Shown here: piece by piece, positions 53,014 to 63,078 of the stretch
How the letters are laid out: each line of letters opens with the position of its first letter
Position numbering within the stretch: position 1 is the stretch's first letter
IMG/VR virus record: IMGVR_UViG_3300006151_000005
Coordinates: 41,516-105,515 of that record
Source of the DNA: a virus
Taxonomy: Duplodnaviria > Caudoviricetes
DNA: 64,000 nucleotides
Strand: one strand, 5' to 3'
The notes under the pieces: model-generated
Told to the model about the DNA's origin: nothing
The model's database searches: none
The model's input: only the letters and a program-made list of their open reading frames with translations
Translations under genes and position numbers: made by a program

Positions 53014-53590
53014 ATATCGCGGTAAATGCTTGCAAACCCATGAGTGGGTTTACGGCTCGCTTATCCAAGGAAAAGTGGACGATGGAACGATTCTATCATT
53101 TATCGTTCCCGGTTTGCCATGCGCACAAGAATCCAATGATTTCTGGACTACAAAAATGTATCCGGTAGATACGAAAACAGTAGGACAATTTACGGGCGTA
53201 TTCGATGTAAAAGGTACACCCATCTACGAGAATGATTTGGTTTTGGCAGCAGAGGATTTATCCGGAAGTATTATTCAATGGGGTTTATGCGAGGTCTTTT
53301 ATTTCTGCGAAGATAAGGATGACCCAACTGGCGATGTTGGCTTTTGGTTGGAAGTTGGTTATCCATCGGGCTATCGATATAATCAACTATCGGCTTACAA
53401 ATTGAATTACCATCGCGTTGTTGGAAACATTCACGACGATGACCATCTTTTTCATCAAGATTTTATAGATGTTTATGGCAAATGTATATTCTACCTCGGC
53501 GATTGGTGGGCAAGCGAGAATGATGATAGCGACCATAAGCTCCAAAAGCATCTTAAAGAACTTAAACAAAAGAATCGGAAAAACAAATGA
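53000..53590 (+). CDS. YopX family protein
   Basis: YRGK, WVYGSL, TVGQFTG, IYENDL, VVGNIHD. Confidence 0.8.
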   Translation: MKTNKYRGKCLQTHEWVYGSLIQGKVDDGTILSFIVPGLPCAQESNDFWTTKMYPVDTKTVGQFTGVFDVKGTPIYENDLVLAAEDLSGSIIQWGLCEVFYFCEDKDDPTGDVGFWLEVGYPSGYRYNQLSAYKLNYHRVVGNIHDDDHLFHQDFIDVYGKCIFYLGDWWASENDDSDHKLQKHLKELKQKNRKNK

Positions 53591-54033
53591 TAGCAAATAA
53601 AGACCTTGTAAGTGGTGATTACGTCAATCTTGATGCTGCTATTGCCTTGAGTAAGGTTGGCTATGACGTGCCGACGCATACTCATTACACCGGATATAAG
53701 GGTTACGGAAGCGTCAGCCTTACATCCAACACTGAAAAGCTGACAGGTGTAGGCAGTATGGTTGATAGACCCATCTTGCAAAAGGCGGTGGAATGGCTGC
53801 GCGAGCGTCGCAACATCTGCCTACGCATCAACTACGTCATGCAGACGCGCAAGTGGTTTTTCGACTACCTGAATATGAAAGATGGGAGCTATGACGATAG
53901 CACATCCACCTACGATGACACAACGGGCTATTACGATAGTTACAACGATGCCGTCAACGCCGGAATAGTTGCCATCTGCGAACACATCAAGGACAATGAA
54001 GATACGACAGGCGAAGAAAATCCTATTGGGTAA
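53587..54033 (+). CDS. hypothetical protein
   Basis: ORF; P.LQKAVEWLRE motif. Confidence 0.5.
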   Translation: MIANKDLVSGDYVNLDAAIALSKVGYDVPTHTHYTGYKGYGSVSLTSNTEKLTGVGSMVDRPILQKAVEWLRERRNICLRINYVMQTRKWFFDYLNMKDGSYDDSTSTYDDTTGYYDSYNDAVNAGIVAICEHIKDNEDTTGEENPIG

Positions 54034-54176
54034 GAATACATCCCGCGACTGCTACCGCCGTACGCGCCCCGCCTATGAACGCGAAGACGGCACTATGGTA
54101 TTTCCATCATGGCATGACATTCCACGGATAGCAAGGGTGAACAAACGACTACTCAGATACATTAACCGATTAAGCA

Positions 54177-55010
54177 ATGAAGACAAAGAAAAACTTCTTT
54201 AAGGGTAAATCCTTATACCGACCCACCGGCAAGGCTGGCGAATATTCCGCTTGGGCTTGCAACTTCTATACCGGGTGTTCAAATAACTGTTCATAATGCT
54301 ACTGCAAGCGTGGCGTTATGAGCCATGTATGGAGCGAAGAGCCGATGTTTAAAAAATGCTTCAAGGACAACGACCATGCCATAGCGGTGTTTGAAAAGGA
54401 AATGCTCGCAAACATCGACGAACTGCGTAAGACGGGCATCTTTTTCAGCTTCACTACCGACCCCATGATACCCGGCAAGACGCTTGAGCTTACGATGGAA
54501 GCGGTCAGCCTTGAGCTGCGTAATGACGTGCCGGTGCAGATACTTACCAAACGTGCGGATTGGCTTGATGCCGAGACGTGGAAAGCCATGTGCGCTACCA
54601 TCAATCCCGACTACAAGAAAATCGCCATTGGCTTCACACTGACAAGGCGTGATGACCTTGAGCCGGGTGCAAGTCCGCATACGGAACGCATAGCCGCCAT
54701 GAAGCGTTGTCACGAACTGGGATGTCACACTTTCGCAAGTATTGAGCCGATTGTCGATATAGCCAATTCGGAATGGGCGATGAGTGATGCCTATCCCTAC
54801 TGCGAACTGTTCAAGGTTGGTCTGATGAGCGGCGGCGCGAAACCCGACAAGCACGAACTGAAAACACTTGTTGACAGATGGAATAGCACACTTGACAAGT
54901 CAGGCAAGAAGATATATTGGAAGCAGAGCGTAGTTGACTATCTGGGCGATGATTTCAAGTTCTGGATGGACTCCTGCGTAGATGCCGACTACAACATATT
55001 CGACTATTAG
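54177..55010 (+). pseudogene. radical SAM protein with in-frame TAA inside the CxxxCxxC motif
   Basis: ATG 54177...NFYTGCSNNCS*CYC (TAA 54294-54296), then FSFTTDP, ILTK, ASIEP. Confidence 0.75.
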
Positions 55011-55109
55011 TATTGTTTTAAGGTAAATAAGATTGTTATTATAAATTGTACTTTTGCGGAGCGTGTCGTTGTGAAACGGTGCGCTTTTTTCGTTCTATTC
55101 CGTAGAAAG

Positions 55110-55183
55110 TTACGACCAAATAAATAAAGTCGTGAGTGTGCGTTTCCTTAATAATGTGGTTGCTTTATTTAGTCGTAGTTTTG
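55110..55183 (+). promoter_or_regulatory. putative late promoter: TTACGAC-N12-GTCGTGA plus -7 TAGTTTTG
   Basis: Same layout as 23209 and 20938. Confidence 0.65.
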
Positions 55184-55214
55184 CGTAGAATACTTAAACC
55201 CCAAACTACATCCA

Positions 55215-55961
55215 ATGAAAGCTAAAATCTTTGCAAAACTAAAACAGGAGTATTCCTCTCTTGGGTTAGGCGATGAATATCTGATGTCAAAAGCCGATTC
55301 CCTTGCAGCGACCGGTCTTGTGACTGACGATAACATCGATGCTGTCGTGGCTTGCCAGCGTAAGGAGCTTGAGGGTCTTCAGAAAGCCAACGATAAGCGC
55401 GTCACTGATGCGCTTGAAAAAGAGCGTAAGAAGCATGAAGAAGAAACTCGCAAAAAGGAGCAGGAAGCCGAAGAAGCCCGTCGCAAAGCCGAGGAAGAAG
55501 CCGCCGCCAAAAAGAAAGGCGAGCATACCGACCCGGTTACAAACCCCGACGTTGAAGCCCTCCGCAAGCAGGTGGAAGAGCTGACCGCCGCCGGCAAGAA
55601 GCGCGACGAAGAATATGCGGCCAACCTGAAAACGCTTACCGAATCACGTGACAGTCTTGGAAAGCAGGTCAAGGAACTTGTTGACAAGAACGCCGCATCG
55701 GAAGCAGCCGCAGCCAAGGCAGCACGCAATGCGATGATAATGGCGAAAGCCAAAGAGTTGGGCGTTCCCCAGTGGCGTATCGACGAGGGCTTCACAATCG
55801 CGGAAGACGCGAGCGAGGAGGTCATCACCGAAACGCTGACAAAGGTTGCGAACAATATCAACACAAACATCCTGCCGGGTAGTCGTGGCGGATTCCCCCT
55901 CGCCGGCAACGAGCCGACTAAGGAAGACCTCGCTTCGATAGCTGCAAGCCTTGTTAAGTAA
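55215..55961 (+). CDS. capsid scaffolding protein
   Basis: Charged coiled coil at the start of the head operon. Confidence 0.65.
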   Translation: MKAKIFAKLKQEYSSLGLGDEYLMSKADSLAATGLVTDDNIDAVVACQRKELEGLQKANDKRVTDALEKERKKHEEETRKKEQEAEEARRKAEEEAAAKKKGEHTDPVTNPDVEALRKQVEELTAAGKKRDEEYAANLKTLTESRDSLGKQVKELVDKNAASEAAAAKAARNAMIMAKAKELGVPQWRIDEGFTIAEDASEEVITETLTKVANNINTNILPGSRGGFPLAGNEPTKEDLASIAASLVK

Positions 55962-55983
55962 CAACTAAACCCCAACGAGAATT

Positions 55984-56430
55984 ATGAAAAATGACATCTC
56001 ACCCAACAAGGAAACGGTTGTCTTCGGTAATGATTCCTCAGTAATCCGCAAGTACATTGCCGGCATCGCCGGTGGTCGTACACTGGACTGCTCGGATTTT
56101 GTCGATGACACTGTTCTCGCCGGCCACGTCATCATCAAAAAGGCCGACGGAAAGTATGCCCCGATGCCCGTCATCGCGGCTGTTCCCGCGAAGCCCGCAC
56201 AGGGCGAAAACCCTACTGTTGCGGCTCAGCCCGCCAAGTACGGCACACTCCCTACCGGCGCATCCTACGCCGGCGTTCTCTATCGCTCAATCAGTAAGAA
56301 AAACCCCGCTGCTTCCATTATGACGATAGGTATTGTCAATCCCGACATGACCCCCTATCCCATGACAGACATCCTGACCGCGTTCACGGCTGCCTGCAAA
56401 ATTTCCTTTGAAAAGGACGAAGAAGCATAA
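55984..56430 (+). CDS. head decoration protein
   Basis: Between scaffold and capsid; GGRTLD, AGHVII, GVL. Confidence 0.6.
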   Translation: MKNDISPNKETVVFGNDSSVIRKYIAGIAGGRTLDCSDFVDDTVLAGHVIIKKADGKYAPMPVIAAVPAKPAQGENPTVAAQPAKYGTLPTGASYAGVLYRSISKKNPAASIMTIGIVNPDMTPYPMTDILTAFTAACKISFEKDEEA

Positions 56431-56445
56431 AAACCGAGTATCTGA

Positions 56446-57534
56446 GTTAAACAGTCATTCTATTTCGATTACGCGCAGAAATACTTCCCCGGCCTCGTTC
56501 TGGCCGTGGTTGAACGTCTGAACGAAAAGCGCAACAACTCCGCGCAGACGTATCTCTACAAAGAGAAACTTCGCCCCCAGTTCTCGCTTGATGGTCGCTG
56601 GGCTTCCATTCTTGCCGAATACACCCGTGTAGCCGCCGACGTTGTGGCACTTGACTCCGAGCTTCCGCTCAAGAGCCGTGACACGCTGGAGGTTGCTTCC
56701 GGCACTATCCCCAAGATAGGTATGAAGCTCTACCTGACCGAAAAGCAGATGAAGGACGTTGATTCGATGATTGCACAGGGTCTTCCCCTTGAAACCATCA
56801 TCAACAACATATTCGCCGACACCCCCCGTTGCATCGAGGGCATCTGGGAGCGCATCGAAGACATCTTCCTTTCCGAGCTTTCGTCCGGCGTGGGCATTTC
56901 CGAACGTAACAACGGCACCGGCGTGCGCATCAACATGAACTTCTATGAGGCCAATCAGTTCCTCGTATCGGCTCTGTGGAGCGCAACTACCGCCACACCG
57001 CTTGACGACATTCAGAAAGTCGTTGACAAGTCCATCGAAGACTCCAACACCATCATCGACGCATACGCCGACGATACCGCCCTCCAGCTTCTTTACAAGA
57101 ACGGTCAGGTGCGTGCGCAGTTTGCCTTTGACCAAGGCATCGCCATGACTGCATCAACAGCCATCCCCGTGCTTGACCTTTCCAAGCTCCAGCAGCTTTT
57201 CCTCACCAAGTGGAACATCCGTCTGCACCGCGTTTCGCGCCGTGTGAAGACCGAGCTTAACGGAGTTAAGCAGAACCACAACCCGTGGAAGAAAGGCACT
57301 ATTACCTTTGTCTGCGATGAAGAGCTTGGCTCGCTTGTATGGACTAACGTCGCCGAAGTCAACCGCCGTGTTGATGGTGTAGTCTATCAGGTAGCCGACG
57401 AATACATCCTTGCAAAGAAGTATTCCAAGACAGACCCCCTCCGCGAGTTCACCGCTTCCGAGGCTATGGTTGTCCCCGTGTTGAACAACGTTGACCGTAT
57501 CTATACGCTCGACTCTCAGACCGTTCAGGAATGA
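56446..57534 (+). CDS. major capsid protein, probable GTT start (VKQSFYFDY...)
   Basis: Position and size (362 aa); AADVVALDSELPLKSR, GTIPKIG. In-frame TGA directly precedes GTT; first GTG is 20 codons in. Confidence 0.85.
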   Translation, partial: VKQSFYFDYAQKYFPGLVLAVVERLNEKRNNSAQTYLYKEKLRPQFSLDGRWASILAEYTRVAADVVALDSELPLKSRDTLEVASGTIPKIGMKLYLTEKQMKDVDSMIAQGLPLETIINNIFADTPRCIEGIWERIEDIFLSELSSGVGISERNNGTGVRINMNFYEANQFLVSALWSATTATPLDDIQKVVDKSIEDSNTIIDAYADDTALQLLYKNGQVRAQFAFDQGIAMTASTAIPVLDLSKLQQLFLTKWNIRLHRVSRRVKTELNGVKQNHNPWKKGTITFVCDEELGSLVWTNVAEVNRRVDGVVYQVADEYILAKKYSKTDPLREFTASEAMVVPVLNNVDRIYTLDSQTVQE

Positions 57535-59234
57535 AAGCAACCATCCTCGTACCTTTCCGCGACAAATACGACCATGCAGTCGTGTATGCGCCCGGAGATG
57601 TAAAGGAATTTGACAATGACCGCGCAGTGGCACTGGTCGCTCGCGGTCTTGTCGAACCCCTTGCAGAAGCTCCCAAAGAACCCGAAGAAAAGGCAGAAGC
57701 CGACGCGAAGCCCGCCAAGCCTAAAGGTAAGGGCAAAGGTAAATCCACCAAAAAGGAAAAGGAAGTCGCCGATGCAGCTCCCGAAGCCGATAAGGTAGAA
57801 GCCGATGCCGACACCGAAGCTGACGCGCCCGAAGAAGCAGAAGCCGAAGATTCCAACGATAACGAATAATACCGATGACAATACGCGCTTACATAACCGA
57901 TAAGTTGAAAGCCTACGGAATCACGGAGGCGCAGCTTGTCGATTTGTCTATTTCGTCCGGGTTGAAACTTGACTCCGATGTCATGGATAACGACCCCACC
58001 GCAGTAGGCATTGCACTGACGCAGACGCTTGAGGAGTGCATCCTTGCGCCGCGACTGTCAAGTGTAAGCGAAAGCGGGTTTTCGATGTCGTGGAACTACG
58101 ACTCCGTGGGCAAGTATTACCTTTGGCTTTGTCGTAAATGGGGCGTGACCCCTAACGATGATGTCTTGGGTATGCTTGGCATTTCCACTATTATAGACCG
58201 CACCGATAATTGGTAAAAGCATGTACTACGCACCCCACATATTGCAGAAGCGCATTATCGCCGAGGAGAAGTCGGATGAATTTGGAAGACCTATTCCAGA
58301 AGAAGCTGGCGACTCTTGGGTGGAAGTGTGCCGATGCAGATGTGACCACAATGGGGATAAAGAAGTCAAGATGCCCGATGGCACGGTCGTAACGCCGGAA
58401 TATCATGTTGTCCTTGAGGACAACGAACCGGATATTGAAGTCGGCGATTACGTGCGTTGTCTGAAAGCAGACGGAACTATCCGTGGCGAGGGTCGTGTCA
58501 TTAAGCCGAAAACATTAAACTATCTGCCTTATGCGGAGATCTATCTGTAAGTTTGACTTTAGCGACGTGCGCCCGGCTTTAGCTCGCTTTCATCGTGATA
58601 TGCGCAAACAAGTTGAGCGCGTAGGTCAGGAAGCCGTGGATTACGCAGTTGAGCATGGCGATTACCATGATGTCACCGGCGAAACACGCGCCAGCAATCG
58701 TTACAAGGTTGATGCCAACAACAATCTGACCATCTATAACGAGTGCGACCACGCCGCAGAACTTGAGGCAAACGGCAAAGATGTTATTGGAAACGCGGCT
58801 TTATTCGCAGAACAACGACTTAAAGAGATTTTTGAATGATTACCACCACTGACGCAGCAAACATCCTTTACACCGCCTGCAAAAATATCTTCGGGATGCC
58901 AGTTTATCAGGCCGGCAATATTCCCGCCGGTAAGGTAGGCAAGGATGGTCGCGTAGTTATCCACACCAAAGAGCATAGCCCCGGCTCCACATGGAAGAAA
59001 GGATTCATCGAAGTCAATTTATTTGTCGCTGACACACCACAGGGCAACGCCAATCTAACCCGGCTTAACGAGCTTGAACGTATGGCGACCAAATCCCTCA
59101 AGGATATGGGATGGCATGACGGAACGGCTTACCGCTTTGAAGTGGCTTCTACGATACCGATGGAAAATGTCAATCTGAAAGCCCACTACATTAACACCAA
59201 AGTGCTTTTCAAAGTGCTTAATACAATGGAATAA
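57531..59234 (+). other. head-tail connector and tail completion genes (57531-57869, 57875-58216, 58221-58550, 58531-58839, 58836-59234)
   Basis: Typical size and order between capsid and major tail; SVSESGFSMSW adaptor motif. Confidence 0.7.
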
Positions 59235-59259
59235 TTAACCCCTTAACACCCATACACGA

Positions 59260-59805
59260 GTTGAAAATTCACCTAAAGTTTGCGCAGTAGGCATCAAAAA
59301 ACTGTACTATGCTGACCCCAGCAAAGTGACCGCAGACCTTACCGGCGCACTCCTTGCCGCCCTGCTCAAAGACGCGGCCACAAAGGAGGTCAAAAACATC
59401 CATCAGGACACGTGGACTATCGAGGAAAGCGAGTCGTCGCAGGACGGCTATCGCAACCAGCTTACCGGCTCGATTTACCGCATGGGAACAAAGACAATGG
59501 GCGACGTAACGTTCAACTGGACTATCGGCCAGTACGACTACGCCACTAAAGCCGAGTTCCTTGGTGGTGTAGCTACCGCTAAGTCGTGGAAACGTCCTCG
59601 CGGCATCGTCGAAATCCACAAGACCCTCATCGCGCTGACCGAAGACAATCAGTATTGCGTACTTCCGTATGCCAATATCGCCGGTCGTGAGGCAAACACT
59701 GACGGCGCAGTCGGCATCGGCATCGTCGGCACAGCAATGGAGCCGGAAAACGATGCAGTATCGTCCGAATACTGGTTTGACTCCTCCGAGGTAGTATCCG
59801 CGTAA
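59260..59805 (+). CDS. major tail protein, probable GTT start (VENSPKVCAVGIKKLYYAD...)
   Basis: In-frame TAA at 59236; no in-frame ATG/GTG/TTG until 59326. NIHQDTW, FNWTIGQYD; hairpin terminator ~59842-59872. Confidence 0.75.
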   Translation, partial: VENSPKVCAVGIKKLYYADPSKVTADLTGALLAALLKDAATKEVKNIHQDTWTIEESESSQDGYRNQLTGSIYRMGTKTMGDVTFNWTIGQYDYATKAEFLGGVATAKSWKRPRGIVEIHKTLIALTEDNQYCVLPYANIAGREANTDGAVGIGIVGTAMEPENDAVSSEYWFDSSEVVSA

Positions 59806-59893
59806 GCGAAACCGATTCATCCGATAAGTTTGTAAGTGATATGGGGTGCGCTGACAACGTACCCCATTCTTTTATAAATCCAAAGTAAATCAA

Positions 59894-60501
59894 ATGGAAA
59901 CAGATTACACAGGCAAGAACGAGGGCGCACGGATGGTAGCAAGTGCTATCGTCGGTCTTGACTATCGCATCATAGTTGTAAATGATAAGTCATACATCAT
60001 TCATCCACCCACAATCGCAAAAATAGCCGGGGCAACATACTGGCTATGTGAAGCCGGCGATGGAAAGACGTTGCGCGAAATCCTTGTATCGCTATCCAAA
60101 AGCGAGAATCTGACAAAGGCGTTATCATGGTTCATTCAAGGTAACGAAGACCTCGGCGAAGAATTGACAAAAGGAACGTTGGACGAAATTGTAAATGGGA
60201 TTGAAGCCGCCTTTTCCATGATTGAAGCCCAAAATTTTATGAAGCTATCAGCTTTACAGAAGAGCGCAAGTCTGCTGGTAGCAAAACCGAAATGATTGGC
60301 AACGAGTGTATGCTCGGCCAAATCGCGTCTTTTATGGAAGCTCTCTGCCTCACTTACGATGAGGTTGTCTATAAAATACCATACCGCAATCTGCTCGTCA
60401 TGCAGAAAGACAAGATACATCCATGTACCGGAACTATCATAAGTAAAACAACGGGTAAAGATATGGCTTCGCGCCGCCGTCAGAACAAGCGCAGCAATTA
60501 A
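59894..60501 (+). other. probable tail assembly chaperone pair (59894-60295, 60292-60501)
   Basis: Two overlapping ORFs after the major tail gene. Confidence 0.55.
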
Positions 60502-61070
60502 GCCATCGACCTTTCCAGTGCAAACATATCATCCTGCGTCATAAACGTGGATAGATAGCGATAATCCACTTGGAAATTAGCCGGCAATAAGTCGGCTAAT
60601 GTTTTTTTGTAGTATTCTGCCCATTCATCCGGGTTCATGCAACGCGAAAGGTTAGCCATCAATTCTGATATTATGGCGTTATCCTTTCCGCTGGGGAAAC
60701 GAAGCATACGCTCAAGAGTGCGCTTCATAAGTTCCGTGGCGTTGTTTGCGCGATTGGAGAGTGTGTTGACCACATCCTGCAATTCATTCAGGCTGGATGC
60801 CGTAAAGATACCGCGTCGGCACTTGACCATCGCCACAAATTCATTCTCAAAGGGTGTGTTTGGCGTAAAGGAAGAAACGAACAGGTCGCCGAACTGAACA
60901 CCGAGCGCGTCCGCGACTTTCACAAGCGCGTTTACCGAAAGACTCCTGCCGTTGAGTATATTTGAAACATGTTGCGGAAGCACCCCCATCTTATCGGCGA
61001 GTGCCTTGTTTGTCATCCCTTTCTGGGCTAAAATCTCGCGTATGCGTAGCTTGATATTCTTTCTGCTCAT
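60498..61070 (-). CDS. Cro/CI-like HTH regulator with C-terminal extension
   Basis: GMTNKALADKMGVLPQHVSNILNG...KVADALGV. Confidence 0.8.
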   Translation of the reverse strand: MSRKNIKLRIREILAQKGMTNKALADKMGVLPQHVSNILNGRSLSVNALVKVADALGVQFGDLFVSSFTPNTPFENEFVAMVKCRRGIFTASSLNELQDVVNTLSNRANNATELMKRTLERMLRFPSGKDNAIISELMANLSRCMNPDEWAEYYKKTLADLLPANFQVDYRYLSTFMTQDDMFALERSMA

Positions 61071-61226
61071 TACTGTTTCTTAATTCCACTGCAAAGATAA
61101 CAATTCCGAACCAAAACTAAACTATATTGGTGTATTAAATAATGTTAAATACTTACTATAATCAGTATTTAATTTTGTAGATACATTATTATTGTTTATC
61201 TTTGCGATGTAAATCCTTATTAAGAT

Positions 61227-61881
61227 ATGGCGAGATACGCACTACGAAATAAAGACAAGATAGCCGACAAACTCGGTAAGGCGCGGCTTGATATGCTACT
61301 GGCGACAATCAAGGGCGACAACGCCCATCCGGTTGAAGTCGGTGTGCAAGGTGGCTATAAAATCCTTGAGTTTACGGATGCCACATTCAGCAAGGCGAAA
61401 CACTTGTTTGCGGTTGTCGGTGGAATGTATGACGTGGTTCAGTTGGCGTACATATCAAGTTCGGGATTAAAATGAAAAGAGTAAACCAATGAAAAAGGAA
61501 ATCTTAAATTGCCTGACCTACATGGCAAACAAGACGGCAGAAACGATAGCCTACGGCGATAGCTGGGGTGTAGAGTTCTGCCAAAAGCAAATCAAGGAAG
61601 CCCACAAGAAGATGGTGGAGGAGCTTCGCAAGCACATTGATTGGAACAATCTGACCGTGGCCGACTGTAAGGAGCTACGCTTCAATCAGTGGTCTGACGA
61701 ATTACCGATATGGCTTATCCCGATATGGCTGCTTGATGTAATCCCCGCCGGAACGGAATTAACGTGCATCAGCGGCGAAAAGGTTGTCTTCAACTCTAAA
61801 GAAGATATTGACATAGACACGCGCTTCGGTTGTCTTGCATACGGAATAATACCCAAAAACGTTGAAGATGGCGCCGAGTGA
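61227..61881 (+). other. two hypothetical CDSs (61227-61475, 61489-61881)
   Basis: Behind a TATCTTTG promoter. Confidence 0.55.
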
Positions 61882-62302
61882 AATTCTATTCAGGGCAAAG
61901 CACCTCAGAGATGAGTTTTATCTTGGAAAAATCATCCCTAAAGGGAAGTGGTTGAAAGGATGGTACTTTTTGAATCAGCGAAAACAAGAAACCGAGCATT
62001 GCCTTATCATGCCATACATGAATGGCGAGAAAGGCAGAGCGGAATTGGTTATTGACCCTGATACACTTTGCCAGTTTACAGGCTTGCGTGACGTGAACAA
62101 GAAGCCGATTTATCAAGGCGACATCATCAAAGATGAGGTCGGCGAAATCTACGAGGTGTGTTGGTATGATGATTTGGCTGCTTTTATAGCTGAAATAGTC
62201 TGCAATAAAAAGCCTTTTATGATGATGGATATAGACCCTGACAAATGCGAAATAATCGGAAACATCTACGATAATCCCGAACTATTGAAAATAACAATCT
62301 AA
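61868..62302 (+). CDS. YopX family protein
   Basis: FRAK, CQFTGL.D, IYQGDII, EIIGNIYDNPELL. Confidence 0.85.
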   Translation: MAPSEILFRAKHLRDEFYLGKIIPKGKWLKGWYFLNQRKQETEHCLIMPYMNGEKGRAELVIDPDTLCQFTGLRDVNKKPIYQGDIIKDEVGEIYEVCWYDDLAAFIAEIVCNKKPFMMMDIDPDKCEIIGNIYDNPELLKITI

Positions 62303-62314
62303 TAAACCAACAAC

Positions 62315-63019
62315 ATGTTACCCAAGCAAGAAATCTTATTGTCGCCTATTCAGCAGGTACGACTGGAACTCTACCGCGAGTTTGGCGATGAAGCGAAAGA
62401 AGCGCTTGACTTCATCATCGGCAATGATGCCGTCTGTGGAGTCGCAACCCCGGAAAGCGTTACACCCGTAAATCCCGACAAGGATGCGGATGGCGTTTAT
62501 ATCATCTACAAGGATGGCTCGTATGAGCTGTTTACCGGTCACAATAGCAAGGAAAACGTCAAGTATGTAGGCTTAATCTACAATGGCCGACATATCGCCG
62601 TCGCTCTTAATAACCTCGGTGGCGAAGACAAAGAATATCAATTCTTGAAAGACGGTGCAAGCGCACCAGAAGAATCGGTTTACTATACACGTCAGATGGG
62701 CATCTGCGCCTTTGAAGACTTCGCCGGCAAAGCCAACACCGAACACATCAAGAATGAATACGACTCGGAAATCCCGTTTGACTTGCTTGAGGATGGCGAA
62801 TACATCCCGGCTATGGGCGAATGGGGCTTATTGATGATGTTTGCTTCACGCATCAATGAAGCACTTGTGTACGTCGGTGGAACGCCCTTAAAGGGTTGGC
62901 TTTGGTCATCCACCGAGTACAGTCAGAACTACGCTTGGGTCGTTTACTTCAATGATGGCAACACCGGCATCTACAGCAAGTACATCAGCGGCTCGGTGAG
63001 GGCGGTCGCCGCATTTTAA
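62315..63019 (+). CDS. DUF1566/C-type-lectin-fold protein with DGR variable-region-like C-terminus
   Basis: YIPAMGE, WSSTEYS..YAW.V.F..G......K.....VRAVAAF; 11-bp hairpin at 63028-63053. Confidence 0.75.
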   Translation: MLPKQEILLSPIQQVRLELYREFGDEAKEALDFIIGNDAVCGVATPESVTPVNPDKDADGVYIIYKDGSYELFTGHNSKENVKYVGLIYNGRHIAVALNNLGGEDKEYQFLKDGASAPEESVYYTRQMGICAFEDFAGKANTEHIKNEYDSEIPFDLLEDGEYIPAMGEWGLLMMFASRINEALVYVGGTPLKGWLWSSTEYSQNYAWVVYFNDGNTGIYSKYISGSVRAVAAF

Positions 63020-63078
63020 TTGTGTACGTGGGCAGTCGTTTTCGACTGCCCACCTAACGGAAATCAACCCTATAAGCA

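Noticed and set aside
60270-60300. Programmed -1 frameshift in the tail chaperone pair
   Set aside because: No clear XXXYYYZ heptamer; an ATGA overlap explains the second ORF.
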